64,000 nucleotides of DNA. Source: Cycas panzhihuaensis (Eukaryota > Plantae > Cycadophyta). Positions 39,601 to 51,941 of the stretch are shown here, piece after piece. The position numbers and the translations under genes were made by a program. The stretch lies in assembly GCA_023213395.1 (NCBI GenBank), contig CM041465.1, positions 101,191,741 to 101,255,740 on the forward strand. The letters are read 5' to 3'. Under the pieces are notes generated by a model. That model did not search any database. It had not been told where the DNA came from and was given only the letters and a program-made list of their open reading frames with translations. Position 1 is the first letter of the stretch. Each line of letters starts with the position of its first letter.

Positions 39601-41041
39601 CTTATACTTCAAGTGCCATATTTCATTAACATTATTGCTTGTCATAACAAGTGAGTTTACATTAGATATAGGTTTAGTGGATCCTTTGTCAAGCAATATA
39701 GGGGTAGAAAACAACTTATATAGTTTGTTACATTTTACCCCTTCAATAATTACAACACTATTTTTTTTCATATCCAAATACAATAGTGACTAATTTCATC
39801 AAATATTATTCTTAGTTTCTTTTCACTCAACTAAGATACTGGTAGGAGATTTTCTTCATTCCTAGTACAAAAAGAACATTCCCTATTCATTGAAGTTTTC
39901 CATCAATTTTAATGGCTATCTGACTAACCCGTTTTATGAGAAGGTAAAAATTATCTCATAATTCCATAGACTTTTTAAGATCATATGGTTTTAGAATTTC
40001 AAATCATTCTTTGACTCTAGTCATATGGTGGGAAGCTTCTGAGTCAACATACCATTTTTTTATGGCACTAAAATTTGCAACGAGTGTTGCTATAAAAGTG
40101 GTTTCAACTTCATCCTCTAATGAATCTTATTCTTTATTGTTGTTGCTTAATATCTACTTTCCTTTATGAATCTCTACTCACCTTTTATAGCATTGATATG
40201 GCTAGTGCCCAGTTTATCTATAGTGATAGTAGACATCAAAAGCCCTGTAATTACTTAAAAAATGATCAGATTTGTTGTAGTTGAAGCAAACCATAGCATC
40301 ACACAGAGAAGTAATACTTCCTCATCCTCTTCCTTTAGTCTAATGACCTTTGTTATTGATTAGTGTTCTACCTCACATTCTTGGATTATATTGACCTCGT
40401 CCTCGACCTCCTAAGTGTAGTTTAGTGATAAGTGTTTCTTCAATATTGGCATCTTCTTCATACACATGGTCCCCTTGTTCTTGGCTAAGCATGTGACCTA
40501 TAAGAGCATCAAAGGTCATGGTAGTTATTTGTCCTCTACGTGTTAACATATTGACCATGTTATCAAATGATTTTGGTAACTTGTTAAGTATAAGATGTAT
40601 TAATTAAATATTAGTCACTTTGTCTCTTGCTATGAGGAGTGTATTTTTAATATTAGTCAATTTGGCTATAAATTTAGAGACTGTCTGACCCCCTCTCATT
40701 CTAAGATTATATAGTTCCTCTCATAGAGTAATAATTCTGGCTTTATTTTTCTGACTAAATATGGAGGACATTATTTTTCAAATTTCATGGGCACTTTTAG
40801 CACCATTTACATGAGTTAATAGAGAATTTGAGATTGAAAGTTTGAGAACATATACAATAATATTGTTCATTTCTTCCTAATTCAGTAGATCCAATATGTT
40901 TATGGGCTATTTTTCATTATTAGTGGTCATTTTCCAAGCATACTTTACTCTTAAGAGACCCTCAATCTTTATTTTTCAAATATTAAAGTTCAATTCAATT
41001 AATTTATCATCTTTAAGTAATGTTATAGTAGAAGAGGCCAT
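36655..41041 (-). mobile_element. Copia-3: older relative of copia-2; 3' LTR and gag-pol present, 5' LTR not found
   Basis: Gag ATG at 41041 (MASSTITLLKDDKL...KIKIEGLLRVKYAW; KNKARIIT shared with copia-2), WYVDSEASHHM, and INT, RT, RH fragments. PPT at 36930-36938 and LTR end at 36929. The outer LTR boundary is uncertain. Confidence 0.85.
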
Positions 41042-43046
41042 GATTGAATGATAAACACATACAAAAATATCTAAAAAACTTAGTTGCAGGCCCGTATGGT
41101 CATACAGTATATGAAAAAATATAAATCTTTATAGGTGTATGGATTTAACAAAAGAGAGATCCAAATTAAAGTATTTAATGAGAGGAGTCCATATCTATAA
41201 TTATTTTTCTTAGATGATGTCTGGTTTAAAGAAATTGATGTAGGAGGCTAGTTTATTTGAATAACCTATCAAATAGGTTAATATAGAAGAGGTAAGGTTG
41301 GACCCCCACTAACAACTCCATCTTCATTAGGATCATCTAGATAAATAACCTATAGAGGTGTTGGATTCTGAATAGTAACTAATTCGAATTGAATAAATAC
41401 ATACTCGCATTGATGAGTAAGTTGTTTAGCTTCTGCATATGACTAAAGGTTTTGTCTCAAGAGTTCAAAGTGGATGACACTAGTAAGACCATAAAGAAAA
41501 ACATGTTTAATGGTGATTTCATTAAGAGGAATAGTATAATGATTAACCATCTCATAAAAACTCTTTATGTGTCAACTGATAGTTACATGGCATATTTGTT
41601 TATATGTGAACAAAGTATGAAGATCCAACTAAACAATATGCTCCATAAATGTTTTGCATGATTTTAGACATCATAAGTGCTCTAATTAGACAAAATACAA
41701 GTAGGTTCACTTATGACTACTAAGTAAGTGCCCTTTTCCTCTTTAATTCATAAGATCTAAAGGATCTAGAGGAAGAGCAATAAGCTCCCTCTAATGGAAT
41801 ACTCATAACTATTCTCTATTTGCCTTATCATTCTGCAAATTATTCCATATTTTTTAACGTGTGTATCTACTTCTATTAACATTGTAATTTCATTAATCTA
41901 AAAGTCTATAGTAAGCACTAGTATGATTAAGGATATATCTAAGCTACCATGAATCAATTTTTGACACCTCACTCATGGGTCTAATAAATTATCTTTGCTC
42001 TTTCCCAATTTGAAATCCTTTGATACCTCTAAAAACCCTTATAAATATATAGTTTTATCAAAATCATGTAGTATGCACAGATTTGAGTATATTATTCAAT
42101 TCAAATCATAAAATATAGCATCTCACTATGGCTAGTTTAGCATTAGGATTGTTAAACATGACAATGCTAATAGTGCATTTATATTGAACATATACAAAGC
42201 CCTCCATTCCAACAATCAATGCAAAGGTTAAGAACATATGTAAACCATTCACGAACACCATCAAGCTATAATTTATGATATAAACATTATATGTTGCTTC
42301 TACAACTCAAACTACAATGGCCCACTTAGTTAGTTCGATAAAATTATCAATTACTTCATAGAATAGGCAGTTCTTATATTTTTATAATCAAACATGAAAA
42401 GCATTGATTAACCTAAAGAAATCATGCCATAAATGGTTGTCAAAAGTTTTGGTAGGCAAAAATGAAGCTAAATAGTTTGTCATTTCTATACGAAATCTAT
42501 AGGCACATTTATTCACAAATAAAAACCATTGCCCTAGTTTAGCTTATTAAAACTTCTTCAATTGAATGGATACATGACAGCAATTATTACTTAGGTATGC
42601 ATCTTATCCTAGCTAGTATATAATGCAAATTATAATCTACCCCAAATAAATCAATGAATAGTGATTTTATATAAACATAACATATATTCATTCATGGTAA
42701 AATTCTATCTCTAATTAATGCTTTATGGTTATCAATGAAATGCAGGTTTTCAAATGTAGTTGAAGAGTCTTCATATGGCCTTTGGAAGTAATAAAGCATA
42801 TACTAGTAGTGCATGGAAGGCTTTGCTAATGAAAGGATTTTCTTTCCTTTTTCTTTAATCAAATTCAACAGTTCTTTCTAATTTTTTTAAATTACATATA
42901 TAATCGTTTCCCAACTTTTAAGAATGAGATTTAAATAATAAGTTAGGCAAGGTAAGTACAAGCATATTTCTATCATTTTTACCTTTTTATTAATTTACAT
43001 ATTGAGATTATATGATAGATATGTGATTGTTTACTTGTTTATTGAT

Positions 43047-46000
43047 TGTTTCATATCCCACTATGCATGTCAATGACAACTAGGACCTAGGTCCATGGCC
43101 CATATGTTCCTCGGTGATTCCTAGGTTAAAAAAGGGCACCTCCCCTATTGCTTGCAATTTGTTTCCCTCTCTCTAATTATTGTTTTCCTTCATTTTTGGC
43201 TTTGATTCTGCCCCTTTACCATCCCCCCAACTGATTAAGACCCTTAGATTTATTATTTGTTAGTTTAATTAAATGTTTGTGGAATTATTTAGCTAAAAAC
43301 CTACTCTATTTTTGCACTATGTTATTTTCTATTATTATTTACAGTACTATAGATTTGTTTATGGTATCATAAATATATTCATGGTACTACAAATATGTCT
43401 ATAGTATAATTGTATCTAATCAAGATTTGTAATTAATAGCTATAGTCAACATTTCATTGATTGTTTATCAGACTTGACATAGCATAACAACTCTAGGTTA
43501 AGCTCTATTTCCCTTGAGAGGCCAAACAAGCCTTGATTCACTCAAATTTTGCTTGTCTCTAGTCTTATATTTCCTATTTCTATGTATTATCCCTTAATCC
43601 ATGAGTAAATCTCATAGTTTTGGGGTCTCACATTGAAGGTAGAAAACCACCACCCCCTCACCTTAGTTCCATCTATAAATCCCTTTTTCTTTTAAAAAAT
43701 AGTGGGGGGAGGGGGGCGAGGACACCATTGGAGTAAGAGAACTTTGGGGAGTTGCTACCAAAATTTGGCTAGAATTCTAATATTTGGGAGTGATCAACTA
43801 ACTTACAGTTGGGAGTTTGAAAGTAATTAGCTAAGAGCCATTGAGGAATCCTTGTTAGGGAAATTTGAGTAGCCATTGGCCTTCATCCTATGACCAAAGG
43901 ATAGGTAATCAACTCTTTTAAGCTTGACGTAATCTTCATCTTTCTATTCTCATTGTCTTCATGCCATGTTGTATGATTTCTTTGATGACAGCTTGCTAGT
44001 GGTTTCTTTTACTTGTTACCATTCCATTAGCTTATGATTTGGGTATTTTCTTTCATCTCTTTATGTTTGTCTTATTTCATTATAGCTTCTTAATCAAGTT
44101 GTAAGTTAAGAGGAGGTTTCTTGAGTATCACTTAGGAAACCAACTTATATATATCCAGGGACAAGGCCATCCTGAGGCATCCCCATCACTCATCATACCT
44201 TTATTTACATGCTCATTAGCTTAGAATTCATTCTCACATGCTTATGAGTTTTTATGGTCTTTTTGATGGCCTTATTTTTGAATAAAATCTATCTCATAGA
44301 TCTTTACGGAAAGACTAACTTGTTTACAGGCAAAGATTTAGAGAAAGTGGTGTCACATGGTTTATCTTCCACTCCTTAAGCATTATAACTAGCTCTCTTA
44401 CTTGGAAAGGTAATCATCCATACTTTCTCATTTATTTTCCATCTATTTCCAATTTATTTTTAGCATTATACATCTCTTTTTATCATTAGGGGCTTCTGGT
44501 AAGTGGAAACGCTATCAAATTTCTCTCAAGGGTAGGTAAGTCTAGCCCCATTTTTCTTCTTTTATTCTAAAAGCACAGTGAAGTTCATGGATAACATACA
44601 TTCACTCCTTCAATCACCATTTCTATAGGTACACATCACTATCATACCCATTTTTTATAATCTTCTCATTTATTATCATCCCTTATTCTAGTTTTCCTTT
44701 TTTATTTTTAAACAAAAGGAGTTTAAGAAAAAATGAGAAAATAAAAGAGAGGAAATCTATTCTAGATTGCTAGATTTCTTTTCATTTCATCCCCCCCCCT
44801 TTTAATTCCCCTTAGTTAAAAAAAAAGGAAAAAAAAAAAGGAAAAAGATTTATTTACTTTTCATTGCATCATTTTATTTTCTTATATTTATATCGCATTG
44901 CATTATTTTTCTTTTTTTTTCCTCTCGTTTTAATAGTAGAGTTAGGACACATTAGAGTGCATCCTAGGAAAGGATACTTAATGTGTGAGGAAGGATCACA
45001 TTCCTGTGAGTCCTAAATTCATAAGGTAGAGACAAAAATCTATTAGGAAAGAGCATAAGAGCATTGCATTCAAAAATAAAGAGCATATAACTGCGTCAGT
45101 TACATGTAGTGTGTTCTTGTTAGCAGCAACCACCTCACTTTTGACTTTTTACAAGGAATCGCACTAATCTGCATGTACATATCAGCCTACCTAAATACTC
45201 TTAGTTTATCCCTCTAGGAGAAGAGCCTAATAAACTCCCTTATGCCCATACTCATGAAGTACATAGGCACCCTTAGTGGGGTGCTTTAGGATTTTGTTAT
45301 CTATGAGAGAACCCACACGTTAGGCTCATCATTATTCCATCATAACTATCCTATATTACCCTCCCATAGGAGCATTTCATTGGTGACCATATTAGGGACT
45401 TGCTAGTAGGAAGGCCAAGTGAGTGTACTGGCCATTCCACCCTTCCTCCTTTGCCATATTATTAATTAGGGTGTCTTGGGTAGCTATCGCATTGTCCTTG
45501 CTCCCACTTGGTTTTTTATCCTTCCATTAGAAGGTAAGAACCCCTGAATGTATCGTATATTACATCGTCTATACAGATTGCCTTCCTTGGAAGTCCCCTT
45601 AGCCTATACCCCTATTGATTCTTATGACCAAGGGTCACCAATGGAGGGACATCCTATTGATTAGGCCTATGATTCATAATCCTAAAAGTGGCCTCAAACC
45701 GAGGCCCCCTATTCTTATAAGGGTCCCACCTATGTTGGTGGTGATCCCTTCTACCAACCATCACAATAAGATGAATCCCTAACCACTTGAGAGACCTTAC
45801 ACCTATGGTAATGTCTCATATATTTAGCATGTGTTAATCCTATATCCCATCCATCCAAGTCATGATGGAGAGCCATCGGCCTCCCAAGACCCAAACCATA
45901 CTCCTCCTAGGGATGCAGTTAAAGCACTAAGGAGTGCTTTGAAGATGTGGCTATCCAACTTCTATCGAGATGGCTGCAATAGTTCCTTCCAACCTCCTTA

Positions 46001-48995
46001 TTAGCCACTTCCACTATTCCCCCACCTTTGTCTATTTAATTGCCATCTTCTAGCTCATCTAACACTACTACTACCACACCTTTACCTATGAACATATTGG
46101 TGGAGAATGAACTGGCATAAGGTATATATACCTCATAAACAAGGGTAAATAAACCCCCTCTCCACACTCTTATTCCCCCATTGACTACCCTTCATATGCC
46201 TCCAATAACCATTGTACTTCTGTACTTGTGTTATTCAAGGCAAGGAGGCTTACCTCTTACTCATCCACATCTATGCCTGGTGGACCCATCCTTGTACGTT
46301 TCCCCAAGGTATACATCACAACCTTGGGGGCATGGGGGTTCAAACCCCCCTCTTATCTATAGGGTGGATCTTCTCCACCCATATGAGGTGGCCCCTCCCA
46401 TTGGAGGGCCATTTAGGTAAAACCCTTTGCCCCCCCTATTCTCAATCAATCCTATCACTTTCACATGGGATTCCCCCTTATGGAGATCACCCACCCCCTT
46501 GTCATTCCACTCATTATCCTTTTATTTCTCTTAGGGCATCCATAGGTGCACAACCCTCTTATCCTATGTGTCCAAGGGGTGGACTGAGGTACCCTCAGCC
46601 ATATCCTTATGGATTATATCCTTATAGGGGACCACCACCTCCCTCATATCATCCAAGAGGGGTCCCATACACCCCTCTCTCATATGCTCTTTATTACCAG
46701 CGTCATGCACCCTACCTACATCTAGCCTATTTGCCTTATACCGATAATGGACAACCTTATTCGGTAACTACTCATACCCCAATTAATCCACTATCCTAAT
46801 ATGGGGCATAGTCATTTGTTAATTATAGGTCAATCCCCCTTTCAATTGAGGTCTTGCAAACTAATTTACCTCCACATCCCTCCAAAGTGCCCAAATTTGA
46901 TGGCACTTCTTCCCAAGAGCCAATTGATCATGCCAGGGCATTTACCATGGCATGCATTGATTAGTGGGCATATAAACATATATTAATAAAATTATTCCCT
47001 AGGTCACTTCTATTGGACTATGGATGGTTCGCCTACCAAGGAGTCCAGTTCCCAAATTGCTCATGGGCTTTTGGTGTAACAGCAAGTCACAAGTGGTATC
47101 AAATCCCAGGTTCAAGGTTTAAACCTTGTATATATGCCAGGCACAGCCCCTTTCTTAGTAGGGATCCCCGTGTACCCCAGTCGATGGAATTGTAATATAG
47201 GTGATACATGTTATGGTGGCCCCCTCATCACAGGGGAGTGTTGGACTATGGCTAATTCACTTACCGAGGAGTCCTCTTCATAAATCACCCATGGGCTTTT
47301 AGTATAATGGCAAGTCACAACTTCAAGGAGATGCCCTAAAGTGGTTTTACTATCTCCCCGCCTACTCGATATCTACTTTTCAACAATTATTCAATGCCTT
47401 CGTCAAATATTTTAACATGGCTCAACCCTTTGAAAGTAAGGTGAAGGCCTTTCTTCCACTGAAGCAAGGCCATGAAAAATTGAATAGTGACTTTATGCAC
47501 CAAGTTCCATGATCTTCTCCATTCTTCTAAGGTCACATTTCTAGAAGAATTAAATAGGGATATCTTTGTAAATACATTATGCCCTAAAATGTATGTTGGG
47601 GTCCTCAAGATGAGGGTGATGAGATGTGAATCCATTATAGCTAAATGCTTGACATTTAAATCTATTGGCATCTAAGTTGGTCTTAAGAAGATTCTTAAGA
47701 ACTCATAATCTTGTAAGGAACTACCTCCCCACTTGATAATAAGGGCCAATAGCAACAACATTTATCTAGGCCTTTTGTTGGTTCAACTAATAAGAGCTTG
47801 GATTATTTGACTTTAGTTATTTACTTATTTGAGTGAATAATATATGATTTAAAGTTGAAACCTTCCCAATCCCTACAAAAGCCACATCAAGCATAACCTA
47901 GATATAAGTAGGTCCACTAAGTTACCCAAACTCCACCTCCTAAAAATAAGGGCACCTAAGCACCTTAAGGAAAGAGGGCATGACCCCCTCCTAAAAAGAA
48001 ATGATACTCGGTCTGTGGTAAATACACTCATGATGACTCAAGGTGTTGGACTCAACACCCTAAGCTTACACCATCATATAACCCCTGCCTCCAAGTACCT
48101 TAAAGCCTAACCTTGAATAACTTGTACATTAAGACCCTTTCCCCAATCATAAGGAATAGGATCAAGGTACTCAATAGTAAAATAAGTAGACTAGGAATAA
48201 GCAAGGAGCTCTACCTCCCCTCATAGACCAATCGAAGGGCAAGGAGCCCATCGACACCTTGCTCCCATCAAGCCTAACCACTCAACTAACTACATCCTCC
48301 CAACCTAGGAATAAGAGTAAGAGGATTATCCAATTACTCGAGACTACCTTAGTGTGTCCTATTACAAGGTCTTAAGCCACTAAGGAAGCTAGTAAAGCTT
48401 CTACTTCCTAATAACAACCTATAGAGAATCCTCCAATAGAGATTCTTATAGTTCCAAAGACCATACCTATGCATTCAGAGAGGTATGATTTCAGGAACAC
48501 CATTCCCTAACCTATCAGGAAAGGGAAGGTATTCTTGATAATCAAAGAGCTTTATACTATTTCCACTAAAATGTCTATGATGGATATTCTAAAGAGTTGA
48601 CCTGAATAAAGGGACCTCCTTTTGGAAGTACTAAGGGGCAAGGACATACTAATCTATACGGTGGGTACCTCCTTATCATAAGGACCCCTACTGATCATAT
48701 TCAATCCACATCATCTCTTATCTTCCATGCATAAGTAGTTTTTTTGGCACTATCCTTTCACAATTATGAAAAACACATTGGACTTCACACTTAAGAGGAC
48801 CATTACAGATAATGGTTCTTATGTTAATACTATGCCTATCTACATGCTCAAGAAACTAGGCATAAAGGCCCTTGAGCATATCCCTTGGAGATGTTAAGGG
48901 TATGATGGGAGTAAGAAAGTACCCCTAAGAACCATTACACTTCCACTCACCCTAGAGGACAAGATAGTTTAAACCAACATCATCATCTTAGATAT
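43047..48995 (+). mobile_element. Older Tat-type gypsy (5' LTR, gag, start of protease), host to the TRIM and to the younger Tat element
   Basis: Putative LTR starts TGTTTC at 43047 with TATA at ~43674. PBS-like TGGTGACCATATTAGGGAC at 45381. Pro/Tyr-rich gag N-terminus and LFPRSLQGDALKWFY. Protease ITDNGSYVNTMP...DKIV*TNIIILDI is cut at 48995. Confidence 0.75.
47011..47319 (+). mobile_element. TRIM / SMART-size miniature LTR retrotransposon (309 bp)
   Basis: 81-bp LTRs at 47011-47091 and 47239-47319. iMet-like PBS TGGTATCAAATCCCAGGTT at 47094 and PPT AGGGGAG. Perfect TSD ACTTC at 47006-47010 and 47320-47324. Removing it restores host gag LFPRSLQGDALKW. Confidence 0.95.
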
Positions 48996-51761
48996 TGTTT
49001 CCTGACTACCAGGAATGGGCATGGATGGATCGACTTAGGTAAGCATAGGTATGTCTTCTCCCTTATCTCGATGTGGATCAGGACATTATTTGGGTTACAT
49101 GGTTTGATTAGCTTATTTTACGATTGGTTATGCATCTTGCTTTAGCACCTTATATGTCTCTAGTCTATGACGACCCCTTCATAGGATATACTCCTCAGTG
49201 AGTCATATACCCCCATGGCATTTCACAATCCTCTGCATGACCTCCATGTCACCTCGAGCTTCTGCCACCTGGTGTGATCCGCTCACACCTCATCTAACTA
49301 CCACAACCCCTAGCTTCCCTAGGAGCGGTAGGTATTTTCTCTTATTCCTAGCATCCTTGGGACTCTTTCCTCATGATAGCCTACCCGGTCTAGTCGACTT
49401 ACCCCTTCAGACTGTCCCCAGCAATGTGGAAAGGAGGTTCGGCCCCTCCTAAGCCCAACATATCCCTGTTTTGGGCTCCCAAGACCCTTACTTTGGCCAT
49501 TTTTATATCCTGGCTTCACACCATTATAAACTTAGTGGTACCATGAAGTTTTCTATGGTGTGACTATTGTCCACTATTTTTTAAATCTGCCATGGCAATT
49601 CTCGCCCTTTTCGCAGAATTGCCACATAGATAAGTTGCCAAATTGACCCTACCTAAAGCCTAATCACTTGATTAGGGTTATGATAGGTATATATCCCAAA
49701 AACTCATTCATTTTGGATCTTCTGGGCTCTCCAACAACATTCCTTTTGCTACAATCCTACACTCTCTTCCCTTCTTCTCATAGGTATACCTGTAACACTG
49801 GAGTTTCTACCATTCCAACTAGGGATACGCATGTAGCAGCTCTGATATGTTGCAGAGGACTCTTCATCTAGCATTTTCAAGTGAGATCTCCATGCTTTAT
49901 CCTCAGCTATCATCAAGCAAGTTCCTCCTGCAACATCATTTTGTGAGGTACCTAGAAAACCCTATAAAACTTGCCTTCTTCTACTATTTACAGAGGTAGA
50001 ACCACCCTTAATGCAGCCCAGTAGGTACCTCTTACTCTTGTTTTAGGTTTTAGCACAAATGGATTCTATTAAAACTTATCTATTGGTATTCCTGTCTCTA
50101 TTTTTGTGTTGTCTGCCTAGTTTCTCCTAATAAAGCTATAGGAGAGGGTCCATAAGGACTGGGTGAAGGGAGATAAGGTGGGATCTATCCCATTAGGCCT
50201 ACTCCCCAAGGGCAAACCCCTTCCTATCCTTCCTCTCTTGCATTTGTGCTTCTCTTTGGCAAACTAGGAGTTTATGGGACCAAGCCTGTGTTGGATATCA
50301 GTGTATGCAACACTTGTTACGTTGGTCCCAGGCCTACATGCTCTCCTTTTAGGCACCTCTTAAGCCCCAAACATCATTCAACACTCATATGGCCCCTTAG
50401 CAATGCTGGTGTGGTGATTCACTACCCATAACATCTTCGATACGTAGCCAATTCTTCCACATCACATAACATTCACTCATCTTCTTGCTTACTGCCCATA
50501 GGCTACCATAGAATTATTGTACTTTATATCCTGAGGCTGCATGGAGGTCCACTTGTAGGAGGGTTGTCCATCCTGAGGCTAACCTCTCTTTTCTTGATCG
50601 ACGTATGTTGTTTTTCTTTATGAGAGTGTAGAGTTGGGTTGAGTAGTAGATTGACTAACTTGAGGCATAAAACTTCAGCATTTATTTTATGTCATTGCAT
50701 ATGTATTAGCTTGTATCTTGGTAGCCCCTTCTTGGAAGGGAAAAACCCTTGTGCTTATAGGTTTAGTAGCAGTATGTGTGGAGGAAAGGAAGGCTTCAAT
50801 CTGGGTAACATCTTACCCCATTATTTCTTTTTCTTTTTTTTCTTTTCTCACATAGCAACCATTTCCTTTCGCTTCTTCCTTTTGCTTTCTTTTTACACAG
50901 GGAAGGTAAGGAAGCCCCCATCCTCTTCGGCAATGGTTGCTCAGCAAGCATAAACTAGAGGATGCACACAGAGCACAAGTGGATTGCCTCCTTCAGCCAA
51001 GCTATTTTCTGGGTATGTACATCCTCTTTCAACATGCCCTTTTCCCCTTTATTCTTATTGGAGTATATGTCCTTGCAATAATTAAGACACATAAAGAAAA
51101 AAGGAAACAAATTAGCTTTCATACATGTACACGTTGCATGGCTGATTTTATAGGAAAGAGCATGCCATAACAATCACACTCTTTTCCCCTTTTTGCCTCA
51201 ACATAAACGTCTCTTTAGGTTTGCATTATTTTGGAGTGCATGCTTAGACTTGCATGACATATTTTAGTTATCTCTTTGCTTCGTAAATGGAAAAGAGAGA
51301 GAGGGAGAGCATTGTGTGTTTATTTCCTTTTTATTGTGATAGCATACAATATTCCCTTACCATACACTCTATACATTCAACCATTTACAGCTTATTTACC
51401 ATTGTTGAGGCTTGAGCTCCCCTCCTCTTACTTTTATAGCAACTAGGCCCTAGCATCTCATCCCTCTTCCTATAGGAACTCCCCTTTGGGGTCTCTCCTT
51501 CTCCCTTCTGGCCACCCAAGGGTGGGAGGACCTCATCGTTTGGGATTACCCGAGATACTCTCACGCATATCTAGTCCCTTGAGACCAAAAGTGAAAGTTG
51601 CTTTGAGGAAGTTAGGCACCATTCATGGGTCCCAAAGTCGCACTCCGGCATACGGACACCCTGTGTGGTGTTCTCTTCTTCTTGTAGGACCTTACCCACA
51701 TTCCAGCATTAGTCGTTGACCATCTTAATTCCTACTAAGTGTAGTGACCATCCCACAAACA
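48996..51761 (+). repeat. 5' LTR of the Tat element (~2.77 kb; right end inferred)
   Basis: The start is fixed by the match to 63149. TATAAAA at 49963. The end is inferred from AAACA (inverted repeat of TGTTT) before the PBS-like site; 51769 is an alternative end. Confidence 0.65.
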
Positions 51762-51770
51762 TGATTCCAC

Positions 51771-51789
51771 TTGCTACCATACCGAGGAC
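51771..51789 (+). other. Degenerate PBS, probably tRNA-Arg
   Basis: TTGCTACCATACCGAGGAC aligns with TGGTGACCATATTAGGGAC (45381). The consensus resembles the TGGCGAC...GGGGAC tRNA-Arg PBS of Tat/Ogre elements. Confidence 0.5.
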
Positions 51790-51941
51790 CTGCCAGTAAG
51801 GGAGATAGTCTTTCTCTCTTCCTGTTGGTGCTACTACCTCTTAGTAGCTTTCTTCTTTTGTCTTTTTTTTGTTGGGAAGCCCCCAACACTTACCTCACAT
51901 TTGCCTCTCTATCTTTCTTCTAACACATTGGTGAGTCTTGT

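Noticed and set aside
41900-42800. Possible hAT transposase fossil (minus strand WFTYVLNLCI resembling CxAHVLNL, near 42210-42250)
   Set aside because: One degenerate motif only; no other hAT blocks or TIRs could be confirmed.
46181-46799. Pro/Tyr-rich ORFs resembling cell-wall proteins
   Set aside because: They lie directly upstream of the gag core and match the low-complexity gag N-terminus of this Tat family.
49198-49452. 84-aa ORF present in both LTRs (also 63351-63605)
   Set aside because: GTG start, no recognisable motif, and the duplication is explained by the LTR.
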